Positions 1 through 13,133 of a stretch of 64,000 nucleotides of DNA are shown here, one piece after another. Numbering within the stretch: position 1 is the stretch's first letter; each line of letters begins with the position of its first letter. The translations under genes were made by a program, and so were the position numbers. Under the pieces are notes generated by a model that saw only the letters and a list, made by a program, of their open reading frames with translations, had not been told where the DNA came from and made no database searches. The stretch spans positions 248,001 to 312,000 of the forward strand of contig CM035359.1 of the NCBI GenBank assembly GCA_020137815.1. Reading direction: 5' to 3'. This DNA comes from Hormiphora californensis. Taxonomy: Eukaryota > Animalia > Ctenophora.

Positions 1-1497
1 TGTTACCTAACAACTAGCAGTAATAAGTAATAACGGGGACAAGAGTAAAAACTAAAAACAACTAGACTGTTACACCAAAACCAAATCAAGCTAAGCTCCA
101 GTCCCCGGCCTGGACTAGTAATGATGACCGAAAAATGACTAAAGACACCTACAACTAAAAGAAAGGACAAAACAAATAGAATAAGAAGAAAGGTGACCTT
201 GCTATAACAAACTAAAAAAACACCATGACATGTCCAAATCGAAAACAGCACTACTATAACACCCCCTAGCCTACACTAGAAAAGAATAAGGAACAACACA
301 ATAACATGAATGGTCTTATCTGATTGGAGAATGTAGATCGGTGGTCGGTAGCTGGTCGTTTCTTTGCTGTATCTTCACAGTAGCAGGGGATGGCGGGAGA
401 ACGAGGTAGACCTAGTCTAAAAACTTCTCTTGTATTCCCTTGTATTGGCTGAGACAAGACAAGGTGCGAGTTTTAAAAGGAACCAAAGATTTAAATAATA
501 TGTGAGTCCAACGGACTGTGAGGACTGAGTAGGGTTTGAGTGCCGAAGGGCCCTAATTCATACACACAGATCGAGGCATTATATCCACCAACTACCCTGT
601 GCTGCAGTAGTAGCAGGCCCCCGCCTACCTACACACAAAGGTGTGAGATCAGATTACACTAATTGGAGCGGGATCATGACATCCCTGATCTACACATAAC
701 AACGTTGCTAGGGACATGGAGTTTCGTTGCTAAGGACATGGAACCACAAAACACACATCAAAGAATGGACAGGATGTTACGTCAGAACGCGCCCCAAGGG
801 TCAAGCACACACGGAGAGGAAAAGCGAATTTTATGTGCAATGCACATGGCAAGGGGAAGGGCGCTAAGAAAGTGTGTAATTTCACTTTCCTGCAGTACCC
901 ATTTTCACACATGACTGCGACAAGAGAGAGAGAGGGAGTGAGGGGTGACGGAACTAGAATCAGGCCTGAATCAAAGCAACATTCCCCGCGCTGACATACA
1001 AAACCAGCTGCATTTAATAGGCACTCTGAGTTAAAGTGTCTGAGTTAAAGTGTCTGAGTTAAAGCGGCTGTGTAACACTGAGATCACCTGGTGGGATATA
1101 AAATAGAGAAACACACTGACTGGGGCCAGCTGCAGGAGTGAGACGAAGAAGGTAGATCACGCCGCATAGTAACACCTGGATCGGATGTCACATAAATGTG
1201 TGCAGTGCCCAACTTTATGTGGAGGCCCTTGGCCAACATGTATGTTATAGCTCCCCCTATTACGGGGGTCAATCATGTGGCTGCAGAGTTTAACATCTGT
1301 CAAACCGTGGACACAGACATGGCGTGTAATACAGGGAGTGACACTGACAAATGTTAGCGCGGGCCGACATCTCAAAAAAAGTAGAAAAAAAGGTACTAAT
1401 CCAAATGTTACACTTTACAGCCTACCAACCAATTATTTACCAACCTGGAATCCCATTGCCCAACTCCCCAACTCCCATAGAATTCCCTCATAAAATT

Positions 1498-1650
1498 GCC
1501 CTTAATCCCACAGAAACAACTGACCTGGAAACTGAGCCACTCTCATAGCCCTAAATCCCACAGAAACAACTGACCTGGAAACTGAGCCACTCTCATAGCC
1601 CTAAATCCCACAAAAACAACTGACCTGGAAACTGAGCCGCTCTCATAGCC
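1498..1650. repeat. 50-bp tandem repeat, about 3 copies
   Basis: TGACCTGGAAACTGAGCC recurs at 1521, 1571 and 1621 (period 50). Confidence 0.9.
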
Positions 1651-2402
1651 GTTGTCACTGGTAACCATGCGTTCTCGTTCCCCTGGTACTAACGGCCGGA
1701 TTGTTGCTGTTCTCATTCCTTTTCTTCCCTGCAAGAAAACATAGCTGTAGCTATCAGAAGAATAGAAAGAATATATGCTATTCATCAGAAGAATAGCAGA
1801 ATTATAGCTCAGAATTACACATACTGTCGACCTCTGTCACCACGCCCCGTTATAGACCATGACAGAGAAGGGTTGGTAATGAAGTTACCCCTCGCTTGCC
1901 GGCGCGCAAGTGTGAGGTGCGCTGCGTGCAGCGTGCGAGTGTGAGGCGCCTGAGTGTGAGGTGTCTTCTTGGCATGTACAGGGGATAGCGCGACGTGCCC
2001 AAGGTGTTTTGATACTACAGAGAAGGGTTGTTAGAACAAAACAAGAACCACCAAAACGGACAGTTATCTATAACGATGCCTCATGACCGCTCTCCCTGCT
2101 CCGCATACAGGAGCGAGAAAGGGCCGTCAGTGTGATGATTGACAGTTGATTGGTTAATTGGTTAATTGGTTAATTAGTTAATTGGTTAATTTGTTAATTG
2201 GTTAATTTGTTAATTGGTTACCTGGGAGAGGTAGCTGGTGAGGTCAACTCGGATGTTGGTGTGGCTGAATATTGGTAGGACAGCATCTCTCTGTTGGGAT
2301 TTATCTCTCTCTGTCTGTGGCGTCTTGCGTGGATTTGTTACCTTTTTGTATACATGCTTAGCCTACATTAAAATATTATGAGGGCTGTTGTTTTACAAAG
2401 TT

Positions 2403-2427
2403 AGAGAGAGAGAGAGAGAGAGAGAGG

Positions 2428-2466
<39 letters not shown>

Positions 2467-2521
2467 CGAAGAGAGAGAGAGAGAGAAGAAGAGAGAGAGA
2501 GAGAGAGAGAGAGACGAGAGA

Positions 2522-2579
<58 letters not shown>

Positions 2580-2640
2580 AGGGAGACGAGAAGTGGAGAG
2601 TGAGAGAGAGAGAGAGAGTGTGAGAGAGGGAGAGAGAGAG
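2403..2640. repeat. (GA)n microsatellite; similar tracts at 10583-10650, 10905-11355, 18300-18400, 20508-20650, 52187-52290, 63310-63385 and 63840-64000
   Basis: Seen directly; explains the many SLSL/ERER ORFs in the track. Confidence 0.95.
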
Positions 2641-3362
2641 GTTATACCAGAATAAAAGAGAAGATAGAGAGAATGACATGTGGGGGGAGACTAGTACAGA
2701 ATTATGTGTTTCCACGATATGTGGATTTATCATCTGTGTGTGGTTTGTGGTGTGAGAGAGAGGTTATACAACCATAATAAAATGCAAGATAAGTACTCGG
2801 AGAATGACAATGTGGGGGGAGACTAGTACACTCAATGTTATGTGTATTTATACAGCACAATTTGTGGGAAATTATTATCATACTCTCGAGTTGTGTTTCA
2901 AGTCTAACTAGTTCAGTAACATGTTACTAACATATGTACAGACACTGCTAACATGTTACTGCTAACATGTTACTAACATGTGTTACTAACATGTTACTAA
3001 CATATGTTACTAACATGTTACTAACATATGTACAGACACTGCTAGTTGTTGAGTTACTCAACAACTGTTAGTTATCCGGCACTGTCCGCCTTGGTTACGA
3101 AGTCACCTCTCCGCCTTGGTTACGAAGTCACCCCTATTATTATTGCATGTACATAGTATAATAGTGCGCAGGGGTAATTTCATTGCCACAACTATCCGCC
3201 CGTCTAATGACGAATTTGTTTAACTAATATTGTATCAACCTAATTCCAATCTTTATATGTAAATTCAATTAACAAAGTAATACAAGATTTAATAATCGTT
3301 GTATTACTTTGTAATCAGCTCCAGAATCTTGATCCTGTCGAGCGCTTTACCAGAAATCCCTT

Positions 3363-3368
3363 TATAAG
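3363..3368 (+). promoter_or_regulatory. Candidate TATA box of the secreted basic peptide gene
   Basis: TATAAG 70 nt upstream of the ATG at 3433; the motif TAAATTCAATTAAC occurs twice nearby (about 3260 and 3375). Confidence 0.4.
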
Positions 3369-3432
3369 CAAAGATAAATTCAATTAACTAAATCACTGTA
3401 TTCCCACTTTAGACGTGGTCCACATTTGAAGG

Positions 3433-3753
3433 ATGAAGGTTTTCCTCTTCCTTCTCGTGGCCATGATGGTCCTATGTATGGTCTTCGCCGAGGAGGAAGC
3501 TGAGGAGAGGAAGGGTCGCAAGGCCAGGGCCGCCAGGAGGGCCAGGAGGGCCAGGGCCAAAAGGGGCAAAAGGGGCAAAAAGGGCAGGAAGCCCAAGGGC
3601 AAGAAAAAGAAGAGGAAGAGGAGGGGAAGGAAGAGGAGGGGTAGGAAGAGGAGGGGTAGGAAGAGGAAGCCTAAGAGGAAGCCTAAGAGGAAGCCCAAGA
3701 GGAAGCCCAAGAGGAAGCCCAAAAGGAGGAGGAAGCCTAGGAAGGGTCAATAA
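3433..3753 (+). CDS. Secreted, extremely Lys/Arg-rich peptide precursor, 106 aa (signal peptide + EEEAEE + polycationic repeats)
   Basis: Textbook signal peptide MKVFLFLLVAMMVLCMVFA, a short acidic spacer, then 81 aa of which 58 are K/R; AATAAA overlaps the stop (3749-3754); the repeat units are multiples of 3 nt. Confidence 0.75.
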   Translation: MKVFLFLLVAMMVLCMVFAEEEAEERKGRKARAARRARRARAKRGKRGKKGRKPKGKKKKRKRRGRKRRGRKRRGRKRKPKRKPKRKPKRKPKRKPKRRRKPRKGQ

Positions 3754-3849
3754 ATGATCAATTATTCAAAAATACATTTAAAAAGTTATTACTTCGATGA
3801 AAAACTAATTCTAGATGTTTATTTTTATTGTCCCAAAAACTCAAAAAAA

Positions 3850-4135
3850 GGAGCTCAGCCATTTCTTGGCCAAATTGCTCAAATCTTTTGCTCGTTGGAA
3901 AGAGGGTATCGAGCTCTTTCTATACTAGCAAATTGGTGAAGAAATGGCGGAGCTATGACGCAAAACGCCTTACAACACGTATTTTGCACGGTGCAAAAAT
4001 GGCAGAGTTATGGTGCTAATTGTATGTACCATAACTCCGCCATTTTTGCACAGATTTTCATTTTCTTGAGCTGTGAGGAAAGAGCTCGATGCCCTCTTAA
4101 AATGAAGCAGTTTGGCCAGGAATAAATGGCTGATT
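3850..4135. repeat. Imperfect palindromic (foldback) repeat, probable transposon remnant
   Basis: AAAAATGGCAGAGTTATGGT pairs with ACCATAACTCCGCCATTTTT at the centre; AGAGGGTATCGAGCTCTTTC pairs with GAAAGAGCTCGATGCCCTCT. Confidence 0.6.
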
Positions 4136-4535
4136 TACGGTCAAAAACGTTTGGTGCTAAATATTGTGAATTTACCGGGGGTAGAACGCAGTCCTGAAAA
4201 TGTAGACCAACGCCCCCCCCCCCCCCCCCCCCCAGACCAACACAGAAAATGTAGACCAACGGCCCCCCCCCCCCCCAGACCAACACAGAAAAGTGTCTGA
4301 TTTCACAACAGCTGCAGCTTGGGTTTGAACCCCCCCCCCCCCCCACGGCCCCACCCCCCCCTTTTGAACACACAGCTCAATTGCTAAAAGGTTGGGTGGG
4401 GCCGTGGGTTGAAATGCAACCTGTTCGCATGCTGACAATCTAACATGTAACAGAAGCCGGGCGCTGTTGGTCATGGTCTCGAGCAATGATCTGTGGAGTA
4501 AACTGAAAGCAACAGTAAAATGTAGTGTGTAGGCC

Positions 4536-7500
4536 GGTGTGCTATTTTTCCAATTCCTAATTTAATTCAAAATTTCACTTGGTATCGAGTTAAATGAGCT
4601 CCTACGATCATTCTAAAACATTTTATCACAAAGTTTTGGCTCTACCATGGCCCAATTACGTTGGCACGAGCTATGCCCATATATGGGCATATTCATTTCA
4701 AAAAGTCTGTTTTAGGGCGTTATTTCGAACAAAACACACATATTAGGCTGTCCAGTATTGATTGTCGTTGGCCTTTTATGAGACAATGGTTTGAGATAGA
4801 GCAAAATGGACTTCACCACCGTTTTTCTCACGCGATTTTGGATCGGAATAAGATGTTCGGTATCGGTATGTGGTTGTTCTTGGTTCCCCTCAGGCTATTT
4901 TCTCTACCCCACTCTTGTTGCCGCTGCATATGAAAAATCGCGATTTTTGAGTTTTAGCACCATAACTGCTGTACTTCTTAAAAATGGTACCTGAGTGATG
5001 TTTTGTTGCATCAAGCTTGTTCATTGGACAAGTATCTATTATTTAACCCTTTGACGGCGACAGAGCATATATGCTACAGTCTATTCTAGGCGGCCTGGAA
5101 GTCCTTATGTTTTATCTAGGTGCCCCATATTTTGTCACAAGCTAGTTTTAGGGATTATGAACCTAAAACCACGTCCAGATCAGCTCAGAAAATCAAGAAA
5201 AACTTTTTATAGCCCTTTTAAGGAGGCTAATTTCGGCCTTTTTTTAAAAACATTTCTCATTTTTTTGTTTTTTGGGGGCACAACTAATCCTTTGAAGGAA
5301 TAAAAGTGCTCGACATAACCGACCGAATGCAAAAAGCCGCATCAAAAAATATTGAAAATTGAATGAGTTATTAACATTTAAGGCGCCGTATCATATATGA
5401 TACTATCGCCCGTAAGGGAATTCTAGTAACAAATCTAAATTGTACAAGTTTGTGGGTGCTATGGCATAAATTTATGCTTTCATGTGGTATGTAGCTACAA
5501 GTTCTACAATCGTGAACGGTTTTTACCAGGAAAAGAACCCAAATCAGAGATTTGTATCATATATGATACTATCGTCCTAAGGGTAAATTCTCCTAAAACA
5601 TACATAATTCGGGCTAGAAAAGGAGCTAAGAGACAAATGGGGGCACTAAAATGTGTAGAATCATCGCATTAGTGGGGGTAGAGCACATATTTAGGTCGCT
5701 ATCTGGATCCCTAATTGAGATAATTGGATAATTAGCTAGTTATCTGTCCCGTGCGTGCTAATTATTCATGAAACTTTGCTCTGGGAAGGAGTTATGAGAC
5801 AAATGGGGGCACTAAAATGTGTAGAATTATCAAATTAGTGGGGGTAGAGCACATATTTAGGTCGCTATCTGGATCCATAATTGAGATAATTTGATAATTA
5901 GCTAATTAGTTGCCCTGGAGCGCTAATAAATGAGACTAGGCGGAGTATACAAGACAAGTGAGGGCACTAAAATGTGTAAAATCATCGCCTTTTTGGGGGT
6001 AGAGCACATAGCTGAGTTTCTATTCCCACTCCTAATTGAGATAATTGGATAATTAGCTAATTGACGGTTGCACACCGTCCGCTTTTCACCAAATCCCGTG
6101 GTTTCTAGGTAATCCTGAGCTCTTTTGCTCAATCTAAGGATCTTCTGACAACCCTAACCCCATTTGTATCACCTTTGACTCGTTTTACACAATAGTATAG
6201 CACTCGATACAACCCTAGACACTGCCTTCAGCTCTTTAGAACCCTCTTGCTCCATCCTAAACCTCTCATACATCCAAGATCCAACTACAATCCTATATAA
6301 TTTTTATATCCTATTGCTCCTACAACACGTTCAACCTCTAATGTACTACAGTTTCCCATATTTATTGTTTGGACACACGGTTATAGGGGTTTAGGGATAT
6401 TAGGGGATGTCAGAAGATCCTTAGATTGAGCAAAAGAGCTCAGGATTACCTAGAAACCACGGGATTTGGTGAAAAGTGGACGGTGTGCAACCGTCAATTA
6501 GCTAATTATCCAATTATCTCATTTAGGAGTTGGAATAGAAACTCGGCTATGTGCTCTACCTCCACTAAGGCGATGATTTTACAATTTTAGTGCCCCTACT
6601 TGTCTTGGATACTCCGCAAAGTCTCATTTAATAGCGCTCCAGGGTAACTAATTAGCTAATTATCCAATTATCTCAATTATGGATCCAGATAGCGACCTAA
6701 ATATGTGCTCTACCCCCACTAATGTAATGATTCTACACATTTTAGTGCCCCCATTTGTCTCATAACTCCTTCCCAGAGCAAAGTTTCATGAATAATTAGC
6801 ACGCACGGGACAGATAACTAGCTAATTATCCAATTATCTCAATTAGGGATCCAGATAGCGACCTAAATATGTGCTCTACCCCCACTAATGCGATGATTCT
6901 ACACATTTTAGTGCCCCCATTTGTCTCTTAGCTCCTTTTCTAGCCCGAATTATGTATGTTTTAGGAGAATTTACCCTTAGGACGATAGTATCATATATGA
7001 TACAAATTTCTCTAATTTGGGTTCTTTTCCTGGTAAAAACCGTTCACGATTGTAGAACTTGTAGCTACATACCTCATGAAAGCATGAATTTATGCCATAA
7101 CACCCACAAACTTGTACAATTTAGATTTGTTACTAGAATTCCCTTACGGGCGATAGTATCATATATGCTACAGTGGGCCCAGCAAAAACTACATGTCGGA
7201 ATTACAAATTTCCTTTTCGAGGCGTTTTGTGTTGATAACATCTACTTATAAACGAAAAATTAGACAATTCTATCGAGCCAATCCTTCTCGCCGTCAAAGG
7301 GTTAAGATGTAATAAAATATCCTATCTTTATTTGGTCACTGAGAAATGGGCCTCCAAAAAGTTTTGGTAAAAATTAGAAACTTTCACTTCCGGGTCTCAT
7401 CAGGATTGGCTTATAATAAAAAAACTCTGCAGTAAAAGATAGTTCTAAGTAAGTTCTAAGACTTAGTGAAGCCAATTATGTGATTGGTTGACTTTTCAAG

Positions 7501-8526
7501 TGACTAATTGACGTTTTCGAAAACGGGCCAGTTTTTGTGTGTACTTTTTCGCTGTTTCATGTTACATTTACTGTTGTAGAGGTTATAAGTGAACACGTAG
7601 AGACCCAAATCACCTATATATCTCATCCTTAGACGATTGTCTATCGATTGAGCACTACGGGAGCTGAAGAAACCGTATCAATTTTCCTCCAGCAGCGTTT
7701 AAAAAACATAGGTAACCCCGTGCAGCAGCAAAAAGAGTGGCGTACAGGAAATATCCTGGTGGGAACCGAGAACAACCATATACCAATATCAGGCAGCATA
7801 TTCCGATCTAAAATCGCGTGAGAAAAACGGTGGTGAAGTCCATTTTGTTCTATATCAAACCATTTTTCTATAAAAGCCCAACGACAATCAATACTGGACA
7901 GCCTAATATAAATCGTCTCGTGACAACTTATACAACTGTTACTTTCAGTTTGAGCCTTCAGATATCCACTTTATGAACAAAAATAAAAATTTTTCTCCCT
8001 TTTTTTCTTGCTAATTTTACCAACTTGCAGAATCGAGGGGACGAATTTTAATTTTTTTTAGTTTTTTCTTGGTGGAAAGCAAATTTCGGTTGTAATCGAC
8101 TAATTTTGGCCTGCGGAACACGATCCCGTTCATGAAAAAGCTCTCAAAATTGAAGAACATGTCCAAAATGAACATTTTTTGTCAAAAATGAACATTTTTT
8201 GCCAAAAATGAACATTTTTAGGTCAAAAATGAACTTTAGCATCATTTAATGATGCATATCAATTCCTGTCAGTTTCGAGGTGCTGAACACGATCCTGAAC
8301 ATAAAAAGTTGATATCAAGAACATGTCAAAAACTGGTGAAAACCACACATATTTCCCTGTTTTTACCATTTTTCGGTTAAAAACTACACTTTTTAAATCG
8401 TGATGCCAACGTACCTGACAAACACTATCTCGATTCTGTTTTGCTGATGTGATAGAGAATTGTCCATAGTTTCACATTAGCTAGATACTGAATGGCCTAG
8501 TCGAAAAAAATTTGAAATAGCACACC
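4536..8526. mobile_element. Non-autonomous TIR DNA element hosting the piggyBac-like insertion
   Basis: Ends GGTGTGCTATTT / AAATAGCACACC; internal inverted repeat of about 190 bp (about 4740-4930 vs 7715-7910); TSD not clearly resolved. Confidence 0.55.
5047..7301. mobile_element. Non-autonomous piggyBac-like element with long internal inverted repeat
   Basis: TTAA|CCCTTTGACGGCGA ... TCGCCGTCAAAGGG|TTAA (TTAA at 5043-5046 and 7302-7305); internal arms about 5390-6150 and 6408-7167; no transposase ORF. Confidence 0.9.
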
Positions 8527-8734
8527 CTAGTGTAGGGCCGAGGGCGTATAGCTGCCCTAAACTATGGCCCAAGCTAAATGCATTTAATGGTAGGTACGAT
8601 TGCAGACACAATTTCAATACTGATACTACCATATCATCATTTTGTAGAAGAACTATAAGCTGAAAGACCTATAGTAGCTACTATAATACTAAGATAGCTG
8701 ATAGTAAACACTTGCACTTGAAAAGTGATGATCT

Positions 8735-9955
8735 AGCACTATAGCGACCTAGACTACATCATATAACAGGGGATAGAAGGGGGAATGACCTGGCTAGGCC
8801 TATAGCGGCCTAGACTACATCATATAACATTAAGGGATAGAAGGGGGAATGACCTGGCTAGCACTATAGCGGCCAATACTATACATCATATAACAAGGGA
8901 TAGAAGGGGGAATTACCTAGCTAGCACTATAGCGGCCAAGACTACATCATATTATTCAAGAAAACACGTTGACTTTTGGGGCTGTGGCATTGCCACCACA
9001 TATAACAAGGGATAGAAGGGGGAATTACCTAGCTAGCACTATAGCGGCCAAGACTACATCATATTATTCAAGAAAACACGTTGACTTTTGGGGCTGTGGC
9101 ATTGCCACCACATATAACAAGGGATAGAAGGGGGAATGACCTAGCTAGCACTATAGCGGCCAAGACTACATCATATGAGGGAAATCATACGACTCTTACT
9201 GCAGTTAGCGACAATCGAGAAAACAGACAGCATAACTCTTTTAAGCGACAGTGCTGTATAATTTCTCAAAACTCTTATTATTAGTGAGCAACAGGGAAAA
9301 GAATTGGGGAGAGAAAGTGAGAGACAGGGTGCCCCCTTGAGAGAGATTATCTCGCGCGGCGCATTGGCACGTGCGGTTTGGGCGCTGGCAGGCTTTTACA
9401 TGTTGCAAGATGTAAAAGCCTGCCAGCGCCCAAACCGCACGTGCCAGAGCGCCGCGCGTTACTATCTTGCTCTCTCTCACTCACTAGCTGCATTCTGATT
9501 GGCTGTTATCGATCACATGTACGCAGTCACAGGCTATCCCTGTGCACTAGGACTTATCACGTGACCTTTCACGTGACCAGATGCTGTGATCCCCGGTCAG
9601 TTAAGAGTTTTAAGAGTTTATACGTCGCTAAGTAGCGGCGCTTACCACACAAGAGAATGAAATCACCATTCTCTTACTCTTAATATCTCTTACACGAAAA
9701 TAAGAGTTATTTTGGAAATCAGTCAGCACCTGTCGCTTACTCCAGTAAGCGATTGCGAAATCAATCAGCACCTGCTAACTTCAGTAAGAGTCGTATGATA
9801 TCCCTCTATTATTCAAGAAAACACGTTGACTTTTGGGGCTGTGGCATTGCCACCACATATAACAAGGGATAGAAGGGGGAATGACCTAGCTAGCACTATA
9901 GCGGCCAAGACTATACATCATATAACAGGGGGGATATAAGGGGGAATGACCTGGC
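8735..9955. repeat. Complex minisatellite (AGGGATAGAAGGGGGAATGACCTAGCTAGCACTATAGCGGCCAAGACTACATCATAT units) interrupted by a MITE
   Basis: Repeated units on both sides of 9177-9806. Confidence 0.85.
9177..9806. mobile_element. MITE with GAG...CTC termini and a 3-bp TAT duplication
   Basis: TIR GAGGGAAATCATACGACTCTTACTG / CAGTAAGAGTCGTATGATATCCCTC; neighbouring uninterrupted satellite units (ACATCATATTATTCAAG) give the empty site; GC-rich internal palindrome at 9353-9458. Confidence 0.85.
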
Positions 9956-10578
9956 TACGGGTGTGCTGGACTCACATGTATTCCTGCATGCTAGGAAGGG
10001 AGAGAAATGAAGCAAGTAGAGAGCAGGTGAGATCAGACATAGAACACATAGTAGACAGGAACTTGTTGGATTGAGTATGCAAGACTGAGAATGTGATATA
10101 TTATTTTCAAGCATTTATGCTCAACATGTTAATCCACAGCTTAGAGTACAAGTAGCTAGCCGTGACCATGATATCTTATAGTAAAAGCAGCTCACGATCA
10201 CACCTCAGAAAATATATCACAGCCTAGCTGTTATACAGCCTAGCTGTTTTACAGCATATTTGAGTCCTTGTCATGATATGTACTGCGGCCCGAAGAGAAC
10301 AGTTCTGTATATTGAGACAGATTTGTATTGAGAATTGCAAACAATTCAATTCAATTCAAACACCGCTATTTTAGAGGGTGCAGAGCAACATACAAGATAA
10401 TAGAAATGTGCAAACAGTAGTAGTATGCCCCACAACCATTGCCCCAAACCAACAAGGCAATATACAATTGCAATATATGTGTTTGCAATATACAATTGCA
10501 ATATGTGTGTGTTTGTTAGCTACCAATAAATGAGTGGGAACAGAGGTAGCATCAAATAAAGAAAGGGTAGACAAAAGG

Positions 10579-10651
<73 letters not shown>

Positions 10652-10914
10652 GGGGAGGTAAACAAATAAGCAGCAGAGAAGGAACAGATCGGTTCCAAGA
10701 AATTAGGAAGTCATTTAGGATTTCCCAAGGTCTCGATTGAGATCTGCTTGATAATGCAATCAAATTTTCACGGCCGTCACTCACTCTTCTTGGCGACCCT
10801 GAAGAGACAAAGAGAGAATCTCGTGACAAACAAGAACTAGCTAGGTGCAACTTTCCTTGTTCGACAAAACAAACAACAAGGAGAAAGGAGAGAGCCGCGA
10901 GGAGAGAGGAGAGA

Positions 10915-11178
<264 letters not shown>

Positions 11179-11218
11179 GCTCTTATCTTATCTTCTAGCA
11201 TCTCTATCTCTCTCTCTC

Positions 11219-11299
<81 letters not shown>

Positions 11300-12845
11300 T
11301 AGTCTAGCCCCCTCTCTCTCTCTCAGCTAGTCTAGCCCCCTCTCTCTCTCTCTCCAACTAAGAAGCTATAGCGGTTTTAGTCAAGGAAGTACCTTATTAG
11401 GTCACGAGCCAGAGAGGGTTAGCATGGCTACAATATACCTAGCTACTTGGGTAGGATGTGTGTAAACACTAGGTGCGGTGAGAGAGAGAAGGATTATAGA
11501 GGGTGTATGAAGAGAGATGCCAAGAAGCGATAAATAGGAAGTTGGGGGATAGTCAACACCTCCATGTCCCCTCCCTGTCCCCTTGAATCAATAGTTCGCA
11601 AGTGAATCAACTGCGCTTTCCCCTTGGAGAGAGAGATGGGGAGAGAGAGGGAGAGAGGGAGGGGGGAGAGAGATAAAAAAGAGCTATAGATGAACAGAGA
11701 GGTGGACAGAGAGACAAAGGGGGAGGTGACTCAACTGCACTTGGAGTTGGAACTTGGATAGAGGAACATGCGTCATGCAGGAACGATACTGAGATATGTT
11801 GAGAGTCAGATCTAGACAAATGCATTGATCTCTCCCGGCAGCTCGTTTGAAGAAAGATAGCTCAAATGAGCCTTGAAGATCATGTCATGAAGATTAGCTC
11901 TTTTGATTAATCATTTCAGAGTGGGGAGTAAAGGGGGGAGGAGCTGTATGTTGCATGCGAGAGAGGGGAGTTAGAGGGAGGAGATAGAGGAGGGAGAGGG
12001 GAGGGAGAGATCATAGAGAAAGAGAGATCGCTAGATCAGGGAGGGAGATAGATAGAGATCGGAGAGAAAGAGGGGAGAGAAAGAGAAAGAGGCCAGGGAG
12101 GGAAAGATAGAGGAGAAAAAAAGAAGGTAGGTAGATTGAAATAGAAGCAGACAAATTGAGATTACTTTAAATTGTCGACCCCCCCCCCCTCCCTCTCGGA
12201 CCCCCTTCACTAACACACATTACATACAAGGATGACAAAGAGCTAAATATAGCTGGACCACCATCTAAGCTCTCTCTTGCTCTACCCTCTCTCTCACCGA
12301 GAGTTATAACAATTGCTCTACCAGTTAGAAGGCACGTAAGTGATCTTATTACTATATCCCAGGTGGTTAGAGAATTCTCAGGTTACCTCACGTTACCATG
12401 GCAACAATCTAGTTTAACAAAGTTACTGTCTGGTTAAAAAACAAATATTAGATGGTTACACTGTTTAATAAATATGAGATGGTTACTATTAAAGGCTAGC
12501 ATGCTTTCTTTTTTGACGCTTGCAATTAGTATTAGGAGAGTAAATACAGAAACAGAATGAATATTTGCCCGGGAGGAAATAACCTCAAAAGACTTAAAAG
12601 TTCATTTTCATTGCGATATCGCATCACTTCCTCTTGACCCACCAAAGCATATATTCGTTCTATCACTGGCCCGAAGCTGTATCTCAAACGGGACCGGCGC
12701 TAGAGCTCACAGAAAAATGTCCAGATTTTTAGTTGTCACCCGTTATTGCATGTTGTGTTGCAAGATCCCTATCATATTTTCCAGCTTGCTAAAACTAATG
12801 CAGGATGAACTTACGTTATATGTTTTTCCAGATTAACTGATCACA

Positions 12846-12980
12846 GAGAAAAGAATCCGAAATCTTTCTTAGTTTCGTTCTAGCGAGCCGGAAAATATAG
12901 AAAAGATAATATTGTATTATTTTTTCTATATTTTCCGGCTCGCTAGAACGAAACTAAGAAAGATTTCGGATTCTTTTCTC
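12846..12980. repeat. 135-bp near-perfect hairpin upstream of the lectin promoter
   Basis: GAGAAAAGAATCCGAAATC...GGAAAATATAGAAAA is followed by its reverse complement. Confidence 0.9.
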
Positions 12981-13036
12981 GTTAGGTAGCTCAAGGATAT
13001 ATGGTAACCAGATTAACTGATCACATGATACTAGAA

Positions 13037-13044
13037 TATAAAAA
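13037..13044 (+). promoter_or_regulatory. TATA box of the F-type lectin gene
   Basis: TATAAAAA about 97 nt upstream of the ATG at 13134. Confidence 0.55.
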
Positions 13045-13133
13045 GGGCCAACTCAGGCTGAAGAACTAACTCAGTTCAGTTAGATAAAAACATATTCTCC
13101 TGACATTCTACTTGTTACGAAGTGTAAAAAACA

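Noticed and set aside
3393-3750. Minus-strand hydrophobic and GPP-containing ORFs
   Set aside because: Antisense shadows of the K/R-rich gene; only the + frame has a signal peptide, TATA-like motif and poly(A) signal.
7375-7410. CTGATGAG...GAAA on the - strand as another hammerhead
   Set aside because: Stem II does not pair in register and stems I/III are absent.
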